The notes under the pieces are model-generated. The model saw only the letters and a program-made list of their open reading frames with translations, was not told the DNA's origin and did not search any database. From assembly GCA_963662405.2 (NCBI GenBank), contig CAXXKT010000001.1, positions 1,696,001-1,760,000 of the forward strand: 64,000 nt of DNA, written 5' to 3'. Both the position numbers and the translations under genes were made by a program. The stretch comes from Syntrophales bacterium. GTDB lineage: Bacteria > Desulfobacterota > Syntrophia > Syntrophales > UBA2210. Shown one piece after another: positions 30,836-40,921 of the stretch (position 1 is the stretch's first letter; each line of letters begins with the position of its first letter).

Positions 30836-30864
30836 ATACTAGGGAAGCGGGGAGGTTTTGTCAA
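30836..30864 (-). promoter_or_regulatory. Putative sigma70 promoter for nadE (TTGACA-17-TAGTAT)
   Basis: Consensus -35 at 30864-30859, -10 at 30841-30836. Confidence 0.55.
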
Positions 30865-30873
30865 TACTATCTT

Positions 30874-31452
30874 TTATCTGGAACAGTTATCGTGGATGCG
30901 CAGGGCGAGCCGCCCGGCGGATTCCATGTCCTCGTCCAAGGAGAGGAAGCCGTGATTTCTCATGATGATGAAGCGATGGTCGTCCAGTATCTCCAAGACA
31001 CGCTGCACGAGGGCCACCGATCCGAAGGGTTCCTCCCGCCGGGTGATGGGAATGCCCATCTCCTCCGCACGCTCGAGGATGGGGGCACAGTGGCCGTGGA
31101 AGATCGCGTTGATGTCGCTTCGTGCCTTGTAGATCTCGAAGTGGAGGATGCTCTCGGACGAAGGCTCCCGCGTACCGCTCGCATGGACGGTCTTCTGATC
31201 GAGACTGCAATCATGGACGCGGACGAAGGCCTCCGCGGAAAGGTTGTTCTTCAGTTCAAGTTGCGAGGCGGTAATGACAAAAGAGCTCTCTCCTCGTGCC
31301 GCTCTGAAGCTCAGGTTACCCAGGGAACTTCCCTCGTAGGAAGGGGTGAGGCCCTGCTCGTGGAACCTCTTGCACCACCTCTTCAGTTCCTCCAAGGCGG
31401 GATCGCGGGGAGGGAGATTGTCGGTAAAGGTAGTCGTAAAGCTGACCCTCAT
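30874..31452 (-). CDS. Class II aldolase/adducin-family protein
   Basis: GNLS.R, PSSE...H..IY, H.H, NHG metal-binding motifs; ATGA overlap with ybaK. Confidence 0.85.
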   Translation of the reverse strand: MRVSFTTTFTDNLPPRDPALEELKRWCKRFHEQGLTPSYEGSSLGNLSFRAARGESSFVITASQLELKNNLSAEAFVRVHDCSLDQKTVHASGTREPSSESILHFEIYKARSDINAIFHGHCAPILERAEEMGIPITRREEPFGSVALVQRVLEILDDHRFIIMRNHGFLSLDEDMESAGRLALRIHDNCSR

Positions 31453-31931
31453 ATCGCCACCTGGACCGGTTTTGGGCTCAGGATCCGCTTCATGTCCGCC
31501 GGGTCCATCTCGGCGAGGAGGCCGCGGTGCCCGGCATTTATCAGCATCCGGGGGAGATCCAGAATGCTCTCCTCCACGTAGATCGGCATAGTCTTGCGTG
31601 TGCCGAAGGGGGAGGTTCCCCCCACCTTGTACCCCGTGTGTCTCTGCGCGACGGCGGGATCGCAGGGGGTGATCGTCTTTGTCCCGACCGTCCGTGCCAG
31701 GGTTTTTGTCGAGACCTCCCGGTCCCCGTGCATCAGGATGATAAGGGGATTTTTGTGTTCATCCTCCATGACGAGTGTCTTGACGGTCTGATGCTCATCA
31801 CATCCCAGCTCGCGTGCTGCCACCTTTGTTCCCCCGTGCTCCTGGTATTTGTAAGGGCGGAGGGTGAAGGTGACACCGTTTTCCCTGAGGACGCGAAGGG
31901 CCGGTGTTGAGGGGATCTTTTCTTTTGCCAT
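31449..31931 (-). CDS. ybaK: Cys-tRNA(Pro) deacylase YbaK/EbsC
   Basis: TPA...L, KTLV, TGY.VGGTSPFG, INAG.RG motifs. Confidence 0.9.
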   Translation of the reverse strand: MAKEKIPSTPALRVLRENGVTFTLRPYKYQEHGGTKVAARELGCDEHQTVKTLVMEDEHKNPLIILMHGDREVSTKTLARTVGTKTITPCDPAVAQRHTGYKVGGTSPFGTRKTMPIYVEESILDLPRMLINAGHRGLLAEMDPADMKRILSPKPVQVAI

Positions 31932-32006
31932 GATTCCAAGCTTTTTGACGCACCGATCAGGCACTACACCGCATCTTTTCACGGAGAGGCGTACAGGAAA
32001 ACATCA

Positions 32007-32465
32007 TTACGGATGTGAGGTGGTTACCCGAAAGGATCGCACCCGCTTTTTGAGCTCCGGCAATTTTCCGACCAGCCGCTGCACGTACCGGTCGTTCCAG
32101 ACCCGGTCAAGCCTGATGACGGCCTTGCATGCCTGGAGCTTGGCGGGATCGTTCATCAGCTCTTCCAGAAACGGCCTCTGGCTCTTGACGAAGGCATCGA
32201 ATTGCAGGAGGCTGCGCTGCTCGTTGGAGAAGGGCAGGCCACTGAGCTGCTCCACCTTCTCGGCGGTCAGGCCGGCGCCCTCAAGCATCTTGAGAAAATA
32301 CTCGCCGGTGATGTTTCTGTTTCCCTGTGAAAATTCGCTGAACCGCTGCGGAGAAAGACCGGAGTCTTTCATGAATGCGCCCTTTGTTATCTTTCTTGAC
32401 TGGGCGTACCCCCACAGAAAATCAAAATACTCGTTAAAATCTGTCTCTTTCTTTCTCGCTGCCAT
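32007..32465 (-). CDS. Putative XRE/Cro-CI-type HTH protein
   Basis: ITKGAFMKDSGLSPQRFSEFSQGNRNIT fits a Cro/CI helix-turn-helix pattern. Confidence 0.6.
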   Translation of the reverse strand: MAARKKETDFNEYFDFLWGYAQSRKITKGAFMKDSGLSPQRFSEFSQGNRNITGEYFLKMLEGAGLTAEKVEQLSGLPFSNEQRSLLQFDAFVKSQRPFLEELMNDPAKLQACKAVIRLDRVWNDRYVQRLVGKLPELKKRVRSFRVTTSHP

Positions 32466-32472
32466 GGCTGGA

Positions 32473-32500
32473 AATATACCACGATTGTTTCAAGTTTCAA
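32473..32500 (-). promoter_or_regulatory. Putative sigma70 promoter (TTGAAA-16-TATATT with extended TGn -10)
   Basis: -35 at 32500-32495, TG-G-TATATT at 32481-32473. Confidence 0.55.
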
Positions 32501-32507
32501 ATTAAAT

Positions 32508-32523
32508 TGTGATACCGATCACA
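32508..32523. promoter_or_regulatory. CRP-family binding site TGTGA-N6-TCACA
   Basis: AATTGTGATACCGATCACATTA matches the CRP core consensus exactly, with AT-rich flanks. Confidence 0.7.
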
Positions 32524-32605
32524 TTATCATCTGAAAATGAAGAAAAGAGGGATAGAATCGTGTTGCGAAGCCGCTTGATCAATTCTGCTTGGGGGTTCCT
32601 TGAAA

Positions 32606-33304
32606 CTATCCGATCCGGGTCAGGGAGTTCCACCGTTCGAGCTCGGTCCCGACGGGGAGGCCGCTTCGCTCTAGGAAGGCGATAATGGCGGGGTCGTTGA
32701 ACCTGAGGAAGGGATTCATCGCGCGCTCTTCCTCCAGGGTCGAGAACACGTGCGCCGGATTGTACCGTTCGAGGAACGAAGGGATCGCCTCGTTTGCGGG
32801 CTCGAGGTGTCGCGCGAAGACCAGAGAATCGCGGACGTAGTCATGCCCGGCGTACACGATAGTGGAATCAGGGAGGGCAAGCAGTTTCTTGATGGAGTGA
32901 TAAAATCTATTCAGATCGCCGGAGAAACAGGTGCCGATGGTTCCATTGAAAAGGGTGTCGCCGGTGATGATGGTGTTTTCCGCCTTGAGGCAGATCGAGT
33001 CCTCTGTATGCCCCGGTGTGTGAATCACCTCGATCTTTTCACTACCCAGGTCGATAATTTGACCCGGGAACAGGGCCCGGTTGTCGATGAACTCCGCCCC
33101 GGTCCGGTCGATCAGCCCCTGGTTTCCAGAGGTATGATCCGGGTGCTGGTGGGTATTGGTGACGGACGTGAGGGTGAGTCCCTCCGACTGAATGAAGGTA
33201 CACATCTCATCGACGGCGCCGCCGTCCACGGCGAGCGCACACCGATCCGCGTACAGGAGATACCCGAAATTATCCGTCCCATAGCGAAACTGCCTGACGC
33301 GCAT
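32606..33304 (-). CDS. Hydroxyacylglutathione-hydrolase-like metallo-beta-lactamase-fold protein
   Basis: DNFGY, THQHPDH, TPGHT, GDTLF, E...NPF.R motifs. Confidence 0.88.
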   Translation of the reverse strand: MRVRQFRYGTDNFGYLLYADRCALAVDGGAVDEMCTFIQSEGLTLTSVTNTHQHPDHTSGNQGLIDRTGAEFIDNRALFPGQIIDLGSEKIEVIHTPGHTEDSICLKAENTIITGDTLFNGTIGTCFSGDLNRFYHSIKKLLALPDSTIVYAGHDYVRDSLVFARHLEPANEAIPSFLERYNPAHVFSTLEEERAMNPFLRFNDPAIIAFLERSGLPVGTELERWNSLTRIG

Positions 33305-33370
33305 GCCATCCCCTCGTGCCACCGGCAGCCACCGTTGATCCTTCCGGGTTAATCACGGGCGGTTTTTGTA

Positions 33371-34420
33371 TCAACCCTCCAGCCACCGCTTCATGAGCGG
33401 CAGTTCTTCCGATTCCCATGCGGGGGAGAGGCGCTTGCTCAGAAAGAGTGAAAAGAGGTTTTCCATCGTCTTCACGATGACCTCGGTGAGATAAATCCGC
33501 TCAAGGAGTTTTCCGTCCCGGTCTTCTTCATCCGTATCCGTCGGGATCGGGAGTTTGAGTGACTGGAAGGAGAAGGCGTCGGCCTTGAAAGTGAATTCGA
33601 ACTGTTCATTCCCCGTGCCGAGCTGGATGCGTGCCTCTGTTACCTTTTTCCCCTTGCGCAGCGCCGATTTGCCCTCTTCGAGGTCTGCATGGAGTCCTCT
33701 GCAGGCCACCGTCTCTGAGTACTCTCCTTCCCCCGATTCGAGGACGATTTTCCGGAGGAAAACCACCTCAATATCTCCTCCGATCTCGGGGATCATGATG
33801 CCGCCGCCACGCTCCTCGCTCTTGAACCAGAGCCAGGTGAGAAATTCCCTCCCGGGAAGATTCATGCCGTCGGGGAGAACGTTCGGGTCCCAGGGGAGAA
33901 AGGGGGAGAGAGTCAGATTGAATGACCGTTTAAACAGTTCCTTGAAGTCATCATTGACCTTTTCCGTAAGCGATCCGAAAAGGACCCGCTTTCCCGAAAC
34001 CGACCAGCAGGCCTCATAAAATGAGGGGACGGGCTGTGCCCTGCCGAGGAGTCCCAACTTGACGGTTTCTCTGATATCCTCACGTTGTCCCTTATAGAGT
34101 TTTTTCAGGCCTTTTTCCTCTCGGAATTCCTTTTCCGCCTTGAGTACCCGCAGTTTCAGGAGAGCGGGGGGTACTGCCCGGCGGTCGATACGGAGGGAAA
34201 AAACAAAATAGTCTCCCAGCGAATAGTTCACGTATTCGAACTCGGTATCCAAGACGTTGTCGAGACTGGTCCATCCCAGGGCCTTCTCATCCGTGCCGGC
34301 AGCGAGCTCTCTGAAGGCGAAGAGCTTGATCTGCCGGTCCATAAAATCCGCGAGCGCATCCGGTGTTTCTCCGGTGACCCGGTATTCGGTAAAGGTCAGT
34401 GTTCCCTTTGATAATCCCAT
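33371..34420 (-). CDS. rdgC: Recombination-associated protein RdgC family
   Basis: FSLRID.R.VP, F..SF.L.L, GREFL.WLW motifs; AGGAG RBS. Confidence 0.75.
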   Translation of the reverse strand: MGLSKGTLTFTEYRVTGETPDALADFMDRQIKLFAFRELAAGTDEKALGWTSLDNVLDTEFEYVNYSLGDYFVFSLRIDRRAVPPALLKLRVLKAEKEFREEKGLKKLYKGQREDIRETVKLGLLGRAQPVPSFYEACWSVSGKRVLFGSLTEKVNDDFKELFKRSFNLTLSPFLPWDPNVLPDGMNLPGREFLTWLWFKSEERGGGIMIPEIGGDIEVVFLRKIVLESGEGEYSETVACRGLHADLEEGKSALRKGKKVTEARIQLGTGNEQFEFTFKADAFSFQSLKLPIPTDTDEEDRDGKLLERIYLTEVIVKTMENLFSLFLSKRLSPAWESEELPLMKRWLEG

Positions 34421-34468
34421 ACAGACTCCTTCCATGATGAAGGGCGGATGGATATCCGCCCGACGGGA

Positions 34469-34498
34469 AACCTAACGCAGTTTATGTGACGGTGTCAA
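34469..34498 (-). promoter_or_regulatory. Putative sigma70 promoter for rdgC (TTGACA-18-TAGGTT), followed by an 8-bp hairpin at 34442-34461
   Basis: Consensus -35; GGGCGGAT/ATCCGCCC inverted repeat. Confidence 0.4.
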
Positions 34499-34581
34499 GC
34501 GTTTCCGGTGTCTCAAAAGGCGGCTCACCGGTATACGAAACCGGTGGTTACGGTACTGTGGTAACGGATGGCATGACGCAT

Positions 34582-35022
34582 CTATTCGACGGGCGGCAGG
34601 GAACCCTGGGGCGGTCCATAGGGAGGAGGTGCCCCTGCCCGCCGCCTCACCTCCCTGATCTCACCGAGGGTATACCCCTTCCTTGGGATGCGCAGGACCT
34701 GCTCCGGGTAGATGCGGCCGGGACTATCAATCTGATCTTTGTTGACGGTATAGATGAGCGGCCACATGAAAGGATCGTTAAAGACATCCTCGTATTCCGC
34801 GATCCACCAGAGGCATTCACCTTTTTTGACAAGGTGTTCCCTCGCGAGAGTATCTTCATCCGGCTCAGCGTCCTTGTTTCCTGTATCGGTCTTCGCTTGA
34901 AAAACCGGCGGTTCTTTCGCGGCGGCTGTCCGGAAAAAATCCCGGGCATATGCCCCTGAGTAAAGAAGGCCGAGAAAGACCGTCGAAGCGAGAATAGCCG
35001 AGAACAACACGCCTTTCTTCAT
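34582..35022 (-). CDS. Secreted LysM peptidoglycan-binding protein
   Basis: Signal peptide; VKKGECLW.IA....F.DP..WP.IY..N...I..P..IYP.Q.L.IP; AGGAGG RBS. Confidence 0.85.
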   Translation of the reverse strand: MKKGVLFSAILASTVFLGLLYSGAYARDFFRTAAAKEPPVFQAKTDTGNKDAEPDEDTLAREHLVKKGECLWWIAEYEDVFNDPFMWPLIYTVNKDQIDSPGRIYPEQVLRIPRKGYTLGEIREVRRRAGAPPPYGPPQGSLPPVE

Positions 35023-35121
35023 CTCCATACCCTCCTTCTTGTGTGGAATTCCATGACGACACAAAGGGTGCGTTTTTCGACGAATATACACGGCCCCTGT
35101 TAATAAGGGCGAAGGCCCGAC

Positions 35122-36897
35122 CTATATAATCTTCAGCGACAGTTCGGCAAGCTGGTCGGCACTGACCTCCGACGGGGCATTGCTCATCAGGCAGGTCGCC
35201 TTCGCCGTTTTCGGAAAGGCGATGACATCGCGTATCGATTCTGCTCCTGCCATGATCATGATCATCCGGTCCAGACCGAAGGCGATCCCGCCGTGCGGCG
35301 GTGTCCCGTATCTGAGCGCGTCGAGAAAGAATCCGAACTTCATTTTCACCTCATCTTCCCCCAGGCCGAGCGCTTCGAAGACCATCGACTGAACGTCCGA
35401 CTGGTGGATACGGATGCTCCCCCCTCCGATCTCGGAACCGTTCAGGACGAGATCATAGGCTCGTGCCCTGACCCTGCCGGGGTCGGTTGTGAGGAAGGGG
35501 ATATCCTGCGCTACCGGGGAGGTGAAGGGGTGATGGGTCGTCATGTAGCGTTTCTCCGCCTCACTGTATTCGAACATCGGGAATTCGGTGATCCAGGTGA
35601 AGGCGAGGGCCCCCTGATCAATCAACCCCAGCCGGTTTCCAAGGTGCACCCGCAGGGCGCCCAAGGCGGCATGGACGACGTCCGCCGTATCGGCCACGAA
35701 GAGGATCGCGGCACCCGGACGGGCATCCGTCCTTTTTTCGACAAGACCCCTCTTCTCCTGATCGAAGAACTTCGCAAGCGAGCCGGTCCACCCCTCTTCA
35801 CTCACCCGTGCCCATGCGACCCCCTTTGCGCCGTAGGGGCCGACAATCTCACCTAAGGCGTCGAGGTCTTTACGGGATAAGGATGCCCCGTCCTCTATGG
35901 TCAGGGCCTTGATTGCGCCACCGTTTCGCGCCGTCTCCGAGAAGACGCGAAACTCCGAAGCTCCTGCTATGTCGGTAAGATCGATAATCTCAAGGGCAAA
36001 GCGCGTATCGGGATTGTCCCTCCCGTACCGGCTGATCGCCTCCCCATAGGTGAGTTGGGGAAAGGGGGGGGTAAGCGTTTTCCCGAGACAGGCTTCGAAT
36101 ATGTGTGTCATCATTCTCTCAATAATATCGATGATATCATCCTCCGATATGAAGGACATCTCCATGTCTATCTGCGTGAATTCCGGCTGACGGTCCGCGC
36201 GCAGGTCCTCGTCGCGGAAGCACCGGGCGATCTGATAGTACTTGTCGAACCCCGATATCATCAGGAGCTGCTTGAAGAGCTGGGGGGATTGGGGGAGGGC
36301 ATAAAAGCTCCCCGGTGTGACCCTGCTGGGGACAAGGTAGTCACGCGCGCCCTCAGGGGTACTCTTTGTCAGGGAAGGGGTCTCGACCTCGATGAAACCC
36401 GTCTCTTGGAGAAAGTTTCTTGTCTCTGCGGCGACCCTGCTCCTCAGGATGATATTCCGCTGGAGATCTCTGCGTCTCAGGTCCAGGTAGCGGTACTTGA
36501 GGAGGAGATTGTCCGACACCTCGGTCTCCCCGTCGAGGACAAAGGGGGGGGTGCTCGATTCATTGAGGATATCCAGTTCATCGGCGATCACCTCGACCTC
36601 TCCCGTTGCCATGGAGGTGTTGATCATATCGGCGGGCCGCTGGTTGACACGTCCCCTGATTGCCAGGACGAATTCATTGCGTATCGTATGTGCCAGTTCG
36701 TGAGCCTGCGGCCCCTGCTCGGGATCGAACACGACCTGGATCGTCCCTTCCCGGTCTCTCAGGTCGACGAAGATCAGCCCTCCGAGATCTCTACGCCGGT
36801 GGACCCACCCCATCAGGATGACCTCATTTCCCACGTCCTGCGCCCTGAGCGAACCGCAATAATGGCTTCTTTTTTGTTTTGTTATGAATTCAGACAC
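35122..36897 (-). CDS. aspS: Aspartate-tRNA ligase
   Basis: [40 protein letters not shown] motifs. Confidence 0.97.
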   Translation of the reverse strand: MSEFITKQKRSHYCGSLRAQDVGNEVILMGWVHRRRDLGGLIFVDLRDREGTIQVVFDPEQGPQAHELAHTIRNEFVLAIRGRVNQRPADMINTSMATGEVEVIADELDILNESSTPPFVLDGETEVSDNLLLKYRYLDLRRRDLQRNIILRSRVAAETRNFLQETGFIEVETPSLTKSTPEGARDYLVPSRVTPGSFYALPQSPQLFKQLLMISGFDKYYQIARCFRDEDLRADRQPEFTQIDMEMSFISEDDIIDIIERMMTHIFEACLGKTLTPPFPQLTYGEAISRYGRDNPDTRFALEIIDLTDIAGASEFRVFSETARNGGAIKALTIEDGASLSRKDLDALGEIVGPYGAKGVAWARVSEEGWTGSLAKFFDQEKRGLVEKRTDARPGAAILFVADTADVVHAALGALRVHLGNRLGLIDQGALAFTWITEFPMFEYSEAEKRYMTTHHPFTSPVAQDIPFLTTDPGRVRARAYDLVLNGSEIGGGSIRIHQSDVQSMVFEALGLGEDEVKMKFGFFLDALRYGTPPHGGIAFGLDRMIMIMAGAESIRDVIAFPKTAKATCLMSNAPSEVSADQLAELSLKII

Positions 36898-36954
36898 AAC
36901 AGATACCCCTTCTCATTGCTTGTACTTATTCGGTTGTGAAACGCAACAAAATCC

Positions 36955-38214
36955 TCAAGCGGTAACCCGCTGCTTGAGGGCTTGAACGTCCTTGATATCA
37001 ACGGTTTCCTGAGTCCCGTCCTGCATATTCCTGAGCTGGGCGGTCGCTTCGGCCAGCTCTGCGTCTCCGATAATCAGCGTATGGGTGCAGCCGAGCTTGT
37101 TGGCCCGCTTCATCTGGCTCTTGAGACTTTTCCCCGAAAGGTCCATCTCCGCCCTCACCGCGGCTTGCCTGAGCGAATTGCAGAGGGAAAAGGCGTGCCT
37201 CTGGGCTTCATTGCCCAAAGCCGCGATAAAGACATGAGGATGTTTTGTATCGTGTCCGTCGGTGTCGGGGAGCATTGCGATGAGGCGATCGAAACCGATC
37301 GCAAACCCGATCCCCGATATGGCTGGGCCTCCCAGCATCTCAACGAGACCGTCATACCGCCCGCCTCCCGTGACGGCATTTTGAGCCCCCAGAGACTCGG
37401 TGGTGATCTCGAAGGCGGTCCGGGTGTAATAATCGAGTCCCCGCACCATCCTTCGGTTGACGACGAAGGGAACCTGCAGGAGTCCAAGGTACTCCATCAC
37501 CTTTTCGAAATGGCTCCTGCACTCGTCACAGATGAAATCGAGGATCAGAGGGGCCCCGGTAATGGTCTCCTGGCACGACTCATTTTTACAGTCGAAAATC
37601 CTCAGGGGATTTGTCTCGAGCCGCCTTTGGCAATCCGCGCACAGTTTATCCTCTCGCTCTTTCAGAAAGCCGATCGCTGTTTCACGGAAAGCCGGGCGGC
37701 AGATATCGCATCCCAGGGAATTGATCTCGAGCTTCAGGTTGCCGATCCCTACCTCACCCAGGAGGTGCATCAGCATCGCCATCAATTCCGCATCAATGCG
37801 CGGGTCTTCCTGCCCCAGGAACTCGACATTGATCTGGTGAAACTGTCGGAATCGCCCTTTCTGTGGCCGTTCACGTCGGAACATCGGTCCGATGGTGAAG
37901 AGCTTTGCAATGGGATCCTTTTCGTAGAGGTGGTGCTCTATGTAGGCACGGATGACACAGGCCGTGGCCTCCGGGCGCATTGTCAGATATTCATTTCCTC
38001 TATCAAGAAACGTGTACATCTCTTTCTCGACGATGTCAGTGGCCTCACCGATACCCCGTTTGAACAGTTCCGTTTTTTCCAGGACGGGGATTCGTATCTC
38101 CCGGATACCGAAATCATAGAATATTGAGCGGATTTTTTCCTCGACACGCTGCCATTTCGGTGTTTCCTCCGGCAGTATGTCGCGAAATCCCCGTACCGAC
38201 GTTATCTTTGCCAT
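36955..38214 (-). CDS. hisS: Histidine-tRNA ligase
   Basis: RPE.T, FR.ERPQKGR.RQF.Q, VRGLDYY, GGRYD motifs. Confidence 0.97.
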   Translation of the reverse strand: MAKITSVRGFRDILPEETPKWQRVEEKIRSIFYDFGIREIRIPVLEKTELFKRGIGEATDIVEKEMYTFLDRGNEYLTMRPEATACVIRAYIEHHLYEKDPIAKLFTIGPMFRRERPQKGRFRQFHQINVEFLGQEDPRIDAELMAMLMHLLGEVGIGNLKLEINSLGCDICRPAFRETAIGFLKEREDKLCADCQRRLETNPLRIFDCKNESCQETITGAPLILDFICDECRSHFEKVMEYLGLLQVPFVVNRRMVRGLDYYTRTAFEITTESLGAQNAVTGGGRYDGLVEMLGGPAISGIGFAIGFDRLIAMLPDTDGHDTKHPHVFIAALGNEAQRHAFSLCNSLRQAAVRAEMDLSGKSLKSQMKRANKLGCTHTLIIGDAELAEATAQLRNMQDGTQETVDIKDVQALKQRVTA

Positions 38215-38290
38215 AATACCGATCTCCCGTTTATTGAACGGAAAACCACTAGCATATATCGGGAGAAAAGGCAAAATGGAAAGGAGGAGA

Positions 38291-40834
38291 TCAGGGGAAT
38301 CTCACACCCTTTTCCGTTCCGGATGGGGGGCGGATAACCTCCAGTGTCTTTCCGTCCGTACGGATAACCACCGCCCCGTCCCGGTCCGTCCGCAGTACGG
38401 TTGTCCCGATCCGTCTGTATCGCTTGAGGACATCAGGGTGAGGAAATCCAAAGGTGTTATCCAATCCGCAGCTGATGACGGCGATTTCCGGACTGACCGC
38501 CCTGAGAAAGGGGGCGGTGCTGGAAGTCCTCCCTCCGTGGTGAGGTGCCATCAGGATATCGGCCCTCAGGCTGTGGCCGGAAGTGACGAGGCGGGCCTCG
38601 GCGGGTTCCGATATATCGGCCGGGAGGAGGATGCGTATCTTGCCGAAGGTGATCTTTATGACGATGCCGTTGTTGTTATAATCGAAACCGGAAAAATCGA
38701 TATCTCCCCGAGAGACCGGTCGCCGGGGATTCAGGATCCTGATTGAGGCACCTCCCACAATTCGCTCCGGTGTATCGGCACCGATGATCCTGTGAGTGAT
38801 CTTCTTTTTTTTGATGATTCCCTCCAGAAGTCTCCAGGATTCGTTCTCCGATTCCTGGCCGTTCGACCAGATCTCTCCCACCGTGAAATTGTCCGCGAGG
38901 AAGGGGAGGCCGCCGACGTGATCCTGGTCGGGGTGCGTAAGGACCATGATATCGATTTCCTTGATCTTCTTGCGCCACAGGTAGGGTCCCACCACGTGCC
39001 GCCCCAGATCGAAGCTCCTGTCATAGAAGCCGCCGCCATCCACCAGCATGACGCCCCCTCCGGGAAATTCAAGCAACGTGGAGCTTCCCTGCCCCACGTC
39101 GATGAAGGTTACTTCAAGGTGTCGGCGTTGAGCAGCGCACAGGTTTGTGTAGAAGGCGTCGGCGACGAAAAAGAAGACGATCAGTCCCAGGAGGAGCCCC
39201 AGCAGGGTGCGCTCCCTGATACGGTAAAACACGGTTAAGCGGTCGATCAGCGAGGGTGATGGCGGAATCACGGGAACCTCGGTTCCACGCGATCGCCACG
39301 TATCGACCAAACGGATTGCCGCCAGGACGCAGAGGTAGTAGAGGATAATCCCCCGTGGCGTCGGTGTCGTCACGGGGAGACTCGCGCAGGGAAATGACGA
39401 AAGGGCCTCGATGATAAAGGCGGCAATTCGGACGAAGAAAGAGGCGATTGCCACCAAAAGCGGTGCGATTGTGGAGAACGGGGCCGACACGATGAGCAGC
39501 ATCCCCACCGGGAGGACGACGAATCCGATAATCGGAATGGCAAACAGGTTGGATACGAGGGTGATGGTCGAGAGACGGTTGAAATAGAGGGCAATGAGAG
39601 GTGCGGTGCCGATCACGGCGGCGAGGCTGACCACGATAAGGAGCGCCACGGCATTTATAGCCCTCCGGCGAATTTCTCCCCCCGGTTGGGGGATCATACC
39701 GCCCAGCACGGGAGCCATGATCAGTATGGCGGCCACCGCTGTGAAGGAGAGTTGAAAGGAGACGTCAAAGAGTGACGTCGGGCTGATGATAAGGATTAAA
39801 AATGCGGCGAATGCCAATATATTGAAGAGATTTCGTTCCCTCCCGATCAGGAGGGCAAGGACGTAGCACAGGACCATGATCGCGGCCCGTATGGTTGATA
39901 TGCGAAGGCCCGCGATGAAGGTGTAGCCGATGACGGGGATGATGGAACAGATGGTTGACACCTTGAAGATATTGTATCTTAGGAGGAGGTATTCGGAAGA
40001 TCTCATGAAGATCCGTGCGATAGCGAAGGAAATGAGGGCTATGATTCCCACGTGAAGGCCCGATATGGCCAGGATATGAGATACTCCCGCCCGATTGAAC
40101 TGCTGAATGACATTTTCCGGGATCCCTTCCTTTTCCCCCAGTACAAGCGCTCGCAGAATTCCCCCCTCGGGTGAAGGAGCGTCATCCGTGATTCTTTTCC
40201 GGATGAGAGATCGATACCGCTCTATCATGGTTCTGAGGTGCCCTCCGGCGGTCTCTCGCATGATGACGATCTCCGAAGGCCTGCCGATATACCCGAGCAG
40301 GGAGATCTCCCGGAACAGAAGGTACCGCTTGTAGTCGAATCCACCGGGATTGTTGAAGCTGTGTGGATATCTCAGCGTCGTGTCCGCCCTGATGTAATTG
40401 CCATATTTGAATAGGTGATTGCTATCTTTGACGGAAAGGAGTATCTTTCCCGTCACGGGAACGGCGATTGCGTCTTTGATGATCCGTGAGGTATCGATGA
40501 CGAGTCGGGTCTTTTCCCCGACTGCCCGGGGAGGGGTGCAGACCAGCCCTTCAATGGTCATCCGGTCACCCCCTGCGTAATGTATTATATGATCTTTGCC
40601 GATAGATGGATAAATATACATCCCTATGTTGAGGATCCCCAGAAGAAAGAGGGACGCAAGGAGGCAGGGGAAGATACCATTCATCTTGCCTGAGGCGACG
40701 AGAAGGAGGAGTATCGCAAGAGTTGCCGCCAGTGCGGTGAGTGTCGGGATGCCGGGTATATGCGCATGGCTTCCGGCGGATATCCCTGCCATGAAGGCTG
40801 CCAGCAGGGGGATGATGGGGCTTCGCATCGACAT
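38291..40834 (-). CDS. comEC: DNA internalisation competence protein ComEC/Rec2
   Basis: [43 protein letters not shown] motifs. Confidence 0.93.
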   Translation of the reverse strand: MSMRSPIIPLLAAFMAGISAGSHAHIPGIPTLTALAATLAILLLLVASGKMNGIFPCLLASLFLLGILNIGMYIYPSIGKDHIIHYAGGDRMTIEGLVCTPPRAVGEKTRLVIDTSRIIKDAIAVPVTGKILLSVKDSNHLFKYGNYIRADTTLRYPHSFNNPGGFDYKRYLLFREISLLGYIGRPSEIVIMRETAGGHLRTMIERYRSLIRKRITDDAPSPEGGILRALVLGEKEGIPENVIQQFNRAGVSHILAISGLHVGIIALISFAIARIFMRSSEYLLLRYNIFKVSTICSIIPVIGYTFIAGLRISTIRAAIMVLCYVLALLIGRERNLFNILAFAAFLILIISPTSLFDVSFQLSFTAVAAILIMAPVLGGMIPQPGGEIRRRAINAVALLIVVSLAAVIGTAPLIALYFNRLSTITLVSNLFAIPIIGFVVLPVGMLLIVSAPFSTIAPLLVAIASFFVRIAAFIIEALSSFPCASLPVTTPTPRGIILYYLCVLAAIRLVDTWRSRGTEVPVIPPSPSLIDRLTVFYRIRERTLLGLLLGLIVFFFVADAFYTNLCAAQRRHLEVTFIDVGQGSSTLLEFPGGGVMLVDGGGFYDRSFDLGRHVVGPYLWRKKIKEIDIMVLTHPDQDHVGGLPFLADNFTVGEIWSNGQESENESWRLLEGIIKKKKITHRIIGADTPERIVGGASIRILNPRRPVSRGDIDFSGFDYNNNGIVIKITFGKIRILLPADISEPAEARLVTSGHSLRADILMAPHHGGRTSSTAPFLRAVSPEIAVISCGLDNTFGFPHPDVLKRYRRIGTTVLRTDRDGAVVIRTDGKTLEVIRPPSGTEKGVRFP

Positions 40835-40921
40835 GGCACACCCTTACCTGTAAGGGGTTGGTGCATCATCGCTTGACGATTTCCGGGTCGGGACTTTTTT
40901 TTATACCGAAGGAGATTTCAT

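Noticed and set aside
36055..38127. Long plus-strand ORFs opposite aspS/hisS (similarly 58657-59406, 61318-62157, 62985-63809)
   Set aside because: Antisense shadows of well-supported genes in GC-rich DNA
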